Numbered from the stretch's first letter, positions 1 to 7,055 are shown. The stretch: 10,015 bases of DNA from an uncultured Oligoflexus sp. (GCA_964236955.1 CAXSGP010000138.1:1-10015), one strand, 5' to 3'. The notes: a model not told the origin generated them from the sequence alone. Program-made: numbers and translations.

Positions 1-47
1 CGTTACTGGGGATGTTCGACGTTGGCGTAGCCAAACGTCAACAGCCC

Positions 48-1952
48 CTATAAGATCGACTCTATAAAATTGTTTTTTATTCTTGTTTTCGGCAGAACCT
101 GGTCAAACCAAATACGGACATCGTCATCGAGCCCCAACCCCTGCATATAATTATAGAGCGCCTTGTTAAGACCTTTGCCGAGGGCTTCATGATCACAGGC
201 GACAGGATCATAGAAGTCGAGGTCATTGGATGCAAACCAAATATCCTCCTGCGGCGCGATCGTTATATGAAACATCTCAGGGTTTTTACCAACCGGGCTG
301 TGAACGGTGGCTGCAAACCGGTGCCAGTAACCGGACTGAATGCAGCCCATTTTAAATAGTTGACGGACATGCTCCAGGGCATCGACAGTCTCCTCGGACG
401 TCTGACTGGGAAAGCCATACATAAGATAGGCGTGCACCAGGATTCCAGCATCCGTAAAGGCCTGAGTGACCCGGGCCACCTGCGCAACGGTCACCCCTTT
501 ATTCATAAGCTTCAGCAAGCGGTCCGAAGCCACCTCAAGACCACCACTCACGGCGATGCAGCCTGAGGCGGCAAGTATCCTGGCAACCTTCGGTGTGAAA
601 GTTTTTTCAAATCGGACATTGCCCCACCAGGTGATGGTCAGACCCCTTTCTATGATCTTTTGGGCTAAGGCCAAGAGAATCTTGGGCGGCGCCGCCTCAT
701 CGACGAAATGAAAGCCGCTCTGTCCGGTTTCCGCAATTAAGGCTTCCATCCGGGCCAAAATAATATCGGCCTGGGCTTCGTCATAGCGCGCGATATAATC
801 GAGACTGACGTCGCAGAAACTGCATTTGTTCCAGTAGCAGCCGTGGGCCAGAGTGATTTTATTCCAGCGACCATCTGACCAGATCCTATGCATGGGATTA
901 GGCAATTCGCAGATCGAGAGGTACTTATCGAGCGGCAGGCCATCGTAGGTCGGAGTGCCCACATCCCGGTGGGGAATATCATGATACTTCTTGGAATTGA
1001 TGTATTGGATGCAGGCATTTTTCAGAACATAGGTTCGCATCAAATCAGTCTCGGGCCGTTCCCCTTTGATATGTTCAAGAAGATTGAGCAAAGGTCGTTC
1101 CCCATCGTCCACGCAGATGTAGTCGACGTAGTTGAATACGCGAGGATCCCTCAGGGAACGCAATTCGGTATTTACGTATCCTCCCCCGAGAACCACTTTG
1201 ATATTGGGATTGATGCGCTTTACCGTTTGGGCGATCTTCAGACCAGCGTAAACATTGCCTGGAAAGGGCAGAGTGATACCGATGACGTCGGGCGAGGTCT
1301 CGCGCAGGTAACGCTCACTAATCTCTTTGAGCCTGTCGTCGACATAGGTTTCCTGGCCTTCTATCGAGTCGTGGAGATCATCGAAGACGGGATTGCTGGC
1401 AGCAAGGCGCTCGCCATAGCGGGAAAGCTCGAAACGGGGATCAATGCCCTCATGGATGATCTTGGCCAATCCCGCGATAAAAAGACTCGCCAGGTATTTG
1501 GCTTTATCCTGGGTACCAAGATTACCAAAGGCATAGAGAAGATGCTCATGGCCTTCGAGTTCTTCCATTTGATGAAGGGCAGCGAAGCCCACCCCTTCTG
1601 GAATATAATGTCGGGAACAAAGCCTTAGGGCAAGGCTCGGGTCTTTGCCTTGAAGAAAGCGGAGACAGGGTTCTACGGTATTGGCATAGGCCGCAAAATT
1701 ATCAAGGAAGTATTGAACTTCATAGGGCCTTTCTTCATCCGCCACATCTTCGAAATTGGCCTCAAGCTCGGCTCTTATCTCATTTAGGCCAGGCTTGGAC
1801 AAAAGTGCCAGAATAAGCTCTATCGCCGGGTCCCGCTGCTGGACCGTATAACCATGCATACGAAGAAAGCCCGTAAGATAGGCCGTCGCTGGATAGGGTG
1901 TATTGAGTTGAGTCATGGGGGGCGTCAGTAACAATATTTTAAGGCTAGTCAT
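48..1952 (-). CDS. B12-binding domain-containing radical SAM protein
   Basis: 634-aa ORF with a CxxxCxxC motif (CYWNKCSFC). It has an N-terminal PPMTQLNTPYPATAYL segment, cobalamin-binding-like PDVIGI/VVLGGGY segments, and FHFVDE, SGGLE and YLMYGFP barrel motifs typical of class B-like radical SAM proteins. Confidence 0.9.
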   Translation of the reverse strand: MTSLKILLLTPPMTQLNTPYPATAYLTGFLRMHGYTVQQRDPAIELILALLSKPGLNEIRAELEANFEDVADEERPYEVQYFLDNFAAYANTVEPCLRFLQGKDPSLALRLCSRHYIPEGVGFAALHQMEELEGHEHLLYAFGNLGTQDKAKYLASLFIAGLAKIIHEGIDPRFELSRYGERLAASNPVFDDLHDSIEGQETYVDDRLKEISERYLRETSPDVIGITLPFPGNVYAGLKIAQTVKRINPNIKVVLGGGYVNTELRSLRDPRVFNYVDYICVDDGERPLLNLLEHIKGERPETDLMRTYVLKNACIQYINSKKYHDIPHRDVGTPTYDGLPLDKYLSICELPNPMHRIWSDGRWNKITLAHGCYWNKCSFCDVSLDYIARYDEAQADIILARMEALIAETGQSGFHFVDEAAPPKILLALAQKIIERGLTITWWGNVRFEKTFTPKVARILAASGCIAVSGGLEVASDRLLKLMNKGVTVAQVARVTQAFTDAGILVHAYLMYGFPSQTSEETVDALEHVRQLFKMGCIQSGYWHRFAATVHSPVGKNPEMFHITIAPQEDIWFASNDLDFYDPVACDHEALGKGLNKALYNYMQGLGLDDDVRIWFDQVLPKTRIKNNFIESIL

Positions 1953-2248
1953 GGGATTGACCCCTAAGGAAATAAGAGAGCCCCGGGTATAGCTTTTTGA
2001 GCGGCCAAAAGCATTAGCTTTCTCGATTACGGGCGTTTCTGGGATTTTTTATTTATTTCATAAGCTTCATTCCGATATTTATAATCACGCCCGCCTGGAA
2101 AGAGCTTTAATTAAGCCGATAGCTGCCGATACCGACTCCTGAAGTCTGTTTAAAATTTCCGAACCTCACAGAGGCCGAATCTTAACGAAGCCTTAGGACT
2201 CGACCTTGGTTCCGTCACGACTTTAATATTTAACCCTTAGCGAGAGCC

Positions 2249-3145
2249 ATGACCCAAACCGCTGGCAAAAACTCCAACAGCGCCCTTGCCCTGGCTTGCG
2301 TAACCGGGCTGACTATTCTTGCCGCCGGCTATTTCTATTTTGATAAGGCACCGCCCCCATCAGGCTCCACAGCGCTGCGCGAAGGCCTCGGGAATTCAGA
2401 AACCGAAACCATCGTAACCGAAGACAGGACTAAGGGCGCCAAGGACCCAGCCACCCCGAGTGCAGGCCTGCAAAAACAGAAAATATTAGCCTCGGAAAAA
2501 ATCGGCCTAAAATCGATGCCGCTTAAAAAAGACGGCTCCACGCTTCGCATTCCCGTTCGCATCATCCCACAAAAAACCTGGTGCAAATCCGGCGAACTCG
2601 ACACCATCCGCAAGGCATCCCGTGACATTAACAAAAATACCCTGCTCCTATCCATCGAACCCCTCGCCGGCAACTCAGGCAGCTCCCTACGTACGAGCCT
2701 AACCAACCTTCAAAGCGGACTGGACCATGTCTTCAGAATCGATAAATCACCTGACGAAAAAATTTTTGGCCTTTATATCTGCAGCGACGAATATCGGGAA
2801 GGACATTGCAAGGGGAAAGCCCTGCAATCCCACCTGCAAATCAACGAATCTCTGGCGGCGGGCGGGCAGGACCGCATCCACAAAGACTATATTTTCTACT
2901 TTCAACCTCTCATCGTGCTCGATGACTCCCTCCAGGTCTTCCAATCGAACAGGCTTCACAAGCGCAGGGTAAACAAAATCCTTGGCGAAAATTTTGCCGT
3001 TAGCGACCAGGACATGAAGCTTGTCTGGAAAACCCTGATCATTAGCCGCTCCCTACCGGCCGAGATCAACGACCAGCAATTGATACTGAAACTGCCTTAT
3101 AACGACCCAAAATGCCTGTTAACAGGCAGAAAAAAACGAGAATAG
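2249..3145 (+). CDS. Hypothetical membrane-anchored protein
   Basis: 298-aa ORF with one N-terminal hydrophobic segment (ALALACVTGLTILAAGYFYF), a low-complexity linker and a Cys-containing C-terminal domain. GAGAG lies just upstream of the ATG. Confidence 0.8.
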   Translation: MTQTAGKNSNSALALACVTGLTILAAGYFYFDKAPPPSGSTALREGLGNSETETIVTEDRTKGAKDPATPSAGLQKQKILASEKIGLKSMPLKKDGSTLRIPVRIIPQKTWCKSGELDTIRKASRDINKNTLLLSIEPLAGNSGSSLRTSLTNLQSGLDHVFRIDKSPDEKIFGLYICSDEYREGHCKGKALQSHLQINESLAAGGQDRIHKDYIFYFQPLIVLDDSLQVFQSNRLHKRRVNKILGENFAVSDQDMKLVWKTLIISRSLPAEINDQQLILKLPYNDPKCLLTGRKKRE

Positions 3146-3385
3146 AAGCCATCATTCCGCCCTTGAGCTCTCCGCCGATCGATGAAACCATAACTTAAAT
3201 CACGATTTCAGCTAGCCAGCAGAGTCCACGCGATATGAGAGTATAATCGCCGGGAAAAATAGCCCAGTCCGCATATCCCCCCACTTCCTCTCAAGCCTAT
3301 CAAACGCTATGATTAAAGAATAAGCCGCAAAATTACCGATAAGGATGGGGATGAAGAATACTAGCGTCTTGGAAGGAAAAATCTG

Positions 3386-4294
3386 ATGAGAATATTTATC
3401 ATCATATGTCTGGCCATGGCCACGTCAAGCCTAGCTTTTGGTTTTGACCCCACTTCGGATATTGCCCTCACCGATATCTGCAAGATCGTCCACCACCCGC
3501 TAACCGACGCCACTTACGCGCAGCGGGGACGATTGAGAGGAATCAAAGTCGAAGCCTGGAAAAGCCGCCTCAACCCCCTCCTTAAGATCTACAAAGAAAA
3601 CTGGTTGAAAATATGTGATAAAACCGATGATGCCTCTTTCTTTAATATCTTCGATCTCTACCCCAAAGTTATCAACGCCCTCTTCTCCGCCTCAAATGCC
3701 CCCAACTTTGCAGTTCCCGACGATTTTGCAGAAGACTGGGATTATAAGCAAGTCGCGACCACCCTGCCCTTCGTCAACTACTCCCCAAGATCCGGTAACG
3801 CCAATGCTTTCGACTTTGTTTTTGACATGAAAGCTTATTTCGCTTTTGTTGAGCGTTGGGGGAAAATGGATGACAAAATATTCAGCTACGTAAAGACCAA
3901 CGTCAGCGGTCTCGATCCTGAGCCCCTGTGGCGCCTGAGCGCCGGCGGCTATCGAAAGACCTGCACTAAATTCGGGGAATATAAATGGTTTGCAGCATTC
4001 GAGCTTATTAAAAAATCCGAAAAATATTTTACCACCTCCTATAAAACTCAAATGGCCAAAATACGAAATGACTTAATCCGGGTTTTCGATGCAGGGGTCT
4101 TCAATGATATTTGCGCCTGCGGCAGTCTCGATACAGTGAGGCCTGACTTCGAAACGCTTCGGGTCAAAGCCGGAACCGACCCCTATTACACAGACCTCGT
4201 CAAGGCGATTCAATATTCTCAAAGCCGAATGAACGAAAAGGAATTTCATTTTGGCAGCTTCCTTGGAAATTCCTGCGCCGCCGGCTCCAATTGA
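3386..4294 (+). CDS. Hypothetical secreted protein
   Basis: 302-aa ORF with a Sec-type signal peptide (MRIFIIICLAMATSSLAFG), a GGAAGG RBS upstream and several Cys residues (ICACG, C-terminal SC). Confidence 0.8.
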   Translation: MRIFIIICLAMATSSLAFGFDPTSDIALTDICKIVHHPLTDATYAQRGRLRGIKVEAWKSRLNPLLKIYKENWLKICDKTDDASFFNIFDLYPKVINALFSASNAPNFAVPDDFAEDWDYKQVATTLPFVNYSPRSGNANAFDFVFDMKAYFAFVERWGKMDDKIFSYVKTNVSGLDPEPLWRLSAGGYRKTCTKFGEYKWFAAFELIKKSEKYFTTSYKTQMAKIRNDLIRVFDAGVFNDICACGSLDTVRPDFETLRVKAGTDPYYTDLVKAIQYSQSRMNEKEFHFGSFLGNSCAAGSN

Positions 4295-4459
4295 TTTGCG
4301 GCATCATTCTCCAGGAGACTCCGCCATGGACCTAACACTCATCGATAAAAATAGGCTCTGTTCTCGTTCCGCCTCGTAGTCCGCGGCCTTAACACGGTGC
4401 GGGTGACACCGCGATAGCCTCCGATTCCGCGCCCCCTCGTTTCAGAAAGGCCAACTGTA

Positions 4460-4724
4460 GGCCCCTTATGAGCGATGCTGTCATAGACCGCAAAGTAGAT
4501 GAAATTGGCTCTGACAAAGACTTTCATGGACCATGCCCATTGAAGTTTCGAGGCTCAAGGGACGGCCCAAAGGTGTTTACTAAAATATACTGAACATCGA
4601 TTTGATGTCTTTAAGCTCTTGTTATGAAAGGGATTCGGGGGATTCGTGCGGATGATTTAATTCAGGCCCAGCCTGTTTTGAGTCGCTACTTTGCGGTCTA
4701 TGACAGCTTCACTCATAATGGGCC
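4460..4724. mobile_element. MITE-like element 1 (265 bp, 39-bp terminal inverted repeats)
   Basis: Left arm 4460-4498 is GGCCCCTTATGAGCGATGCTGTCATAGACCGCAAAGTAG. The reverse complement of right arm 4686-4724 is GGCCCATTATGAGTGAAGCTGTCATAGACCGCAAAGTAG (36/39 identical). The element is flanked by TA on both sides, has a 187-bp interior with no convincing gene, and is homologous to 6624-6890. Confidence 0.7.
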
Positions 4725-4731
4725 TATAAAG

Positions 4732-5046
4732 TTAGAAGCCATTGGCAATAGCCTTTTTTATAATTGGCGCTACAGAATCTAAGGTCATGCCTTTTTCATT
4801 GCAGTATTTTGATTGGAACCACACTGATAGCTGTTTTTGCCCTTTACTTGCGTTGCATCCAATGCAGCAAAGAGCAATATTTTCTGATGTAATTTTTTTA
4901 GCATCATTAATTATATGCTCCCAACTAGCAGAAGACTTCCTAGAAACCTTTGCCAACGTGAATTCTACTCGGCAATAGACACAGACTGTATCTCGCTCCC
5001 TGACCTCTTTCTCAAGCCAATTAGGTATCTTCCAACCATTTCCCAT
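4732..5046 (-). CDS. Small standalone HNH endonuclease
   Basis: 104 aa with RD-x2-CVYC, WEHII, ENIALC and CIGCNASKG, i.e. the zinc-binding CxxC...CxxC and HNH motifs. Confidence 0.9.
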   Translation of the reverse strand: MGNGWKIPNWLEKEVRERDTVCVYCRVEFTLAKVSRKSSASWEHIINDAKKITSENIALCCIGCNASKGQKQLSVWFQSKYCNEKGMTLDSVAPIIKKAIANGF

Positions 5047-5125
5047 TTTTCTGGTCTTCTACTTCAAAGTGTTTAACAACAATGATCATAAAACAACTGT
5101 ATTTTTTCTAACCTCTAGATACGAC

Positions 5126-5150
5126 AAAGCCCACTTGGGTAGCGGGCTTT
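5126..5150 (-). terminator. Intrinsic terminator downstream of higA
   Basis: Minus strand AAAGCCCGCT-ACCCA-AGTGGGCTTT forms a GC-rich stem with one G-U pair and a short U tail, about 55 nt after the higA stop. Confidence 0.6.
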
Positions 5151-5203
5151 ATTGCTTAATAGGGCATTTGACGAATGCTACTAGCTGGCAACAAGGTCAA
5201 CCG

Positions 5204-5524
5204 TCAATTACTTTTTGCAGTATATGAACCGCTGCCTGAGCTAGATTCAGAGCGGTGCTTATGTTTTTTCTTTTCTAAAAAAAGCTCGTAGTCAGACTGT
5301 AATCGTGACCACATTTCAGGTGTAGTATCGAACAGCTCTGCTAACTCAATCGCAAACGAACTACTTATTCCACGCTTGCCGTTAACAATTTCATTTATCT
5401 TTTTATGAGTGCAGCCAATAGCTTCTGCCAAGGTTGTTTGATTATACCCTCTGTCTTTCATATATATTTCTTCAAGAACTTCACCTGGATGAAGCATATG
5501 ATCTGTAGGCAAAGAAATCGCCAT
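5204..5524 (-). CDS. higA: HigA-family antitoxin (XRE HTH)
   Basis: HPGEVLEE...QTTLAEAIG...INEIVNGKRGIS...LAELFDTTPEMWSRLQSDYEL signature. AAGGGA RBS; lies 12 bp downstream of the toxin gene. Confidence 0.92.
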   Translation of the reverse strand: MAISLPTDHMLHPGEVLEEIYMKDRGYNQTTLAEAIGCTHKKINEIVNGKRGISSSFAIELAELFDTTPEMWSRLQSDYELFLEKKKHKHRSESSSGSGSYTAKSN

Positions 5525-5536
5525 AAACAGTTCCCT

Positions 5537-5851
5537 TCAATGATAATTGACAATCTCAACGTCAAAGAATTTATTGTTTTTAAACACAAAAACTATTCGC
5601 CAACCCGATATTTTATCAATATCAATATCTACAGCTGTTTGGCCTTTTCTATCTCTAGTTAACTTATGAATCCTAATTGTTGGAGGACGGTCTTTGGATT
5701 CCAAATCTTGAAGTGAATCAGTCACATACATCACAGAGAAAAGTGCTTTAGCTCTGCTATGAAGAAGCTTGGGCAGTGTGTTCGATGTACCTTTATTCCA
5801 AATATCTTCAGCTACTTTTCCAGTTGCACCCGTTTTGAAGTTCTCAATCAA
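5537..5851 (-). CDS. higB: HigB-family (RelE-like) toxin
   Basis: MIENFK...L.DL...PP..RIHKL..DRKGQ...WRIVFVFKN...DVEIVNYH matches the HigB killer-protein pattern. TTG start with AAGGGAG RBS; toxin-before-antitoxin gene order. Confidence 0.88.
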   Translation of the reverse strand: MIENFKTGATGKVAEDIWNKGTSNTLPKLLHSRAKALFSVMYVTDSLQDLESKDRPPTIRIHKLTRDRKGQTAVDIDIDKISGWRIVFVFKNNKFFDVEIVNYH

Positions 5852-5867
5852 AACGTCTCTCCCTTAC

Positions 5868-5895
5868 ACTATACCCCTATTCGGTATACTGACAA
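5868..5895 (-). promoter_or_regulatory. Putative sigma70 promoter of higBA with internal palindromic operator
   Basis: Minus strand TTGTCA (5895-5890)-N16-TATAGT (5873-5868). The palindrome TATACC-N7-GGTATA at 5870-5888 overlaps the spacer and the -10 box. Confidence 0.65.
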
Positions 5896-5990
5896 TATAT
5901 TTTAGCAGAATCCTTATATCTACTTGTATTAATTAAATATTAATTTCCTGCCTGAATCTCAATAACCTATATGACATAATAACTTTTTCT

Positions 5991-6008
5991 TAGATATTCA
6001 TAAATCCG
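5991..6008. repeat. Degenerate 18-bp palindromic box, copy 1
   Basis: TAGATATTCATAAATCCG matches TGGATATTTATATATCCA (6350-6367) at 14/18. Confidence 0.45.
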
Positions 6009-6035
6009 TGATCAAGGATCAGAAGATTTCTGTCC

Positions 6036-6061
6036 ATAGTGGATCTATATAGATCCACTAT
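6036..6061. repeat. Perfect 26-bp palindrome containing box copy 2
   Basis: ATAGTGGATCTATATAGATCCACTAT is its own reverse complement. Its core 6040-6057 TGGATCTATATAGATCCA matches the 6350 box at 15/18. It overlaps the TAG stop of the 78-aa gene. Confidence 0.9.
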
Positions 6062-6294
6062 TCTTGATACCATCTCTTCAATAGTCCCTTATCTGCTATT
6101 TCCAAAAGCATTTTTCGCTTCAATAAGCCGGAATCGGTATAGCTCATATTCACTTCATTCTGTTGAAGCTGAAGCCATTCCCGGACGGCAGTATGGCCCT
6201 CGACAGTGGCGAGGCTATAGCCAAGTCTAAGCGCGAACAGTTCGGCAATGAGGGACTCAATGCTAACCGGAGTTCGACGTAACCCCTCACCCAT
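6058..6294 (-). CDS. Small hypothetical protein, possibly DNA-binding (ribbon-helix-helix-like start)
   Basis: 78-aa ORF. RRTPVSIESLIAELFALRLG reads as an alternating beta strand followed by a helix. The RBS is weak, and the frame stays open 10 codons upstream without an ATG. Confidence 0.55.
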   Translation of the reverse strand: MGEGLRRTPVSIESLIAELFALRLGYSLATVEGHTAVREWLQLQQNEVNMSYTDSGLLKRKMLLEIADKGLLKRWYQE

Positions 6295-6349
6295 CTTGAC
6301 TCTAATGTGAAATTTACTGTACCTTTATGCTATATCAAGCTTCCCGTTA

Positions 6350-6408
6350 TGGATATTTATATATCCAAACTATCTGAAAAAAGGCTCATGGGGATATTTA
6401 TATATCCA
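6350..6408. promoter_or_regulatory. Tandem palindromic boxes (copies 3 and 4), operator-like
   Basis: GGATATTTATATATCCA is repeated exactly at 6351-6367 and 6392-6408, 41 bp apart. Each is a GGATAT-N4-ATATCC palindrome upstream of the 78-aa gene. Confidence 0.7.
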
Positions 6409-6504
6409 TGATCACTTAACATGTGTTTATTGTCCGGCCTCTGGACGAAAAAAATCCCGCGTCCAGGGCAGGTTTCAAGAACCGGTTTTCAGAGGGTTAA
6501 TAGA

Positions 6505-6621
6505 TCAGTTCAAAGGGTGGTCTTCTTCGAGATATGCCTTTCCGTGCTTAAGATTCTCATTTAATTTCGCTTCGCGCTCATCATTGTACGGAGGGTTCTT
6601 TGCAAAGTATGCTTTTGCTAC
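6505..6621 (-). pseudogene. Possible 3' gene remnant truncated by element 2
   Basis: Open frame VAKAYFAKNPPYNDEREAKLNENLKHGKAYLEEDHPLN* begins at the left edge of element 2 with no ATG. Confidence 0.4.
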
Positions 6622-6623
6622 AA

Positions 6624-6890
6624 GGGGCAGAATGAGCCAAGGTGTCACAGACCGCAAGGTAGCTGGAGGCGGCTCTAAAAAAGGCTTCTCCAGTGGTTTC
6701 GATTTACGTTTTCAGGCTTAAACATGGCAACATGTGTTTACTAAACTGGTGATTAGTTAACGTCAAACATTGTTGAAGAAGTCCTTGCCCATCAAGGGTT
6801 TAAAAGTTTGCTCCAGGAAGGATGAGTTCAGGGCTGCTCGCCCTTTAGGTGCTACTTTGCGGCCTGTGACACCTTGGCTCATGCTGCCTC
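6624..6890. mobile_element. MITE-like element 2 (267 bp, 39-bp terminal inverted repeats)
   Basis: Left arm 6624-6662 is GGGGCAGAATGAGCCAAGGTGTCACAGACCGCAAGGTAG. The reverse complement of right arm 6852-6890 is GAGGCAGCATGAGCCAAGGTGTCACAGGCCGCAAAGTAG (35/39 identical). The 189-bp interior is collinear with element 1. Confidence 0.72.
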
Positions 6891-7022
6891 AGGAAGCAGA
6901 GCCATGAGCTTAAGATCCGCCTGGGCCTGGAACAAAAGCAAACTCGCGAGCAGGAGCTGAAGCGCTCGCTGGTCCGTGACCGTTAACCGGACAGAGGACG
7001 CGGTTTGGATCTCGGCCGCTGA
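6891..7022 (+). pseudogene. 3' remnant resembling a relaxase/Mob protein C-terminal tail
   Basis: The frame starting right after element 2 reads RKQSHELKIRLGLEQKQTREQELKRSLVRDR*PDRGRGLDLGR*, with an in-frame TAA at 6984-6986. A terminator follows. Confidence 0.45.
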
Positions 7023-7027
7023 AACTG

Positions 7028-7054
7028 AAAAGCCCGCTTTCAAGCTGGCTTTTT
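7028..7054. terminator. Bidirectional intrinsic terminator
   Basis: AAAAGCC-c-GCTT-tc-AAGC-t-GGCTTTTT hairpin with A and T tails, lying between the convergent stops at 7022 (+) and 7056 (-). Confidence 0.7.
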
Positions 7055-7055
7055 G

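Noticed and set aside
263..1628. Nested ORFs in the radical SAM gene, including the 246-aa ORF at 888-1628 (+)
   Set aside because: They are antisense or alternate-frame shadows of a strong gene, with no motifs.
1953..2248. Possible cobalamin riboswitch upstream of the B12-binding radical SAM gene
   Set aside because: No B12-box or conserved riboswitch core is visible on the minus strand.
2071..3342. CCGATA motifs (2072, 2116, 2126, 3336) as sigma28 -10 boxes
   Set aside because: None has a TAAA -35 box at the canonical 15-bp spacing; at 3314/3335 the spacer is 17.
4339..4527. 62-aa minus-strand ORF
   Set aside because: It runs through the left IR of element 1, has no RBS or motif, and is probably spurious.
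4460..6890. The four 39-bp repeats as a CRISPR array or attC sites
   Set aside because: They alternate in orientation with ~188-bp interiors, have no regular spacers, and lack RYYYAAC/GTTRRRY ends; they are too long for attC.
4455..6895. Target-site duplication around the whole composite
   Set aside because: The outer flanks differ (CTGTA vs AGGAA). Only a TA/TA flank on element 1 is seen, and it could be part of the IR.
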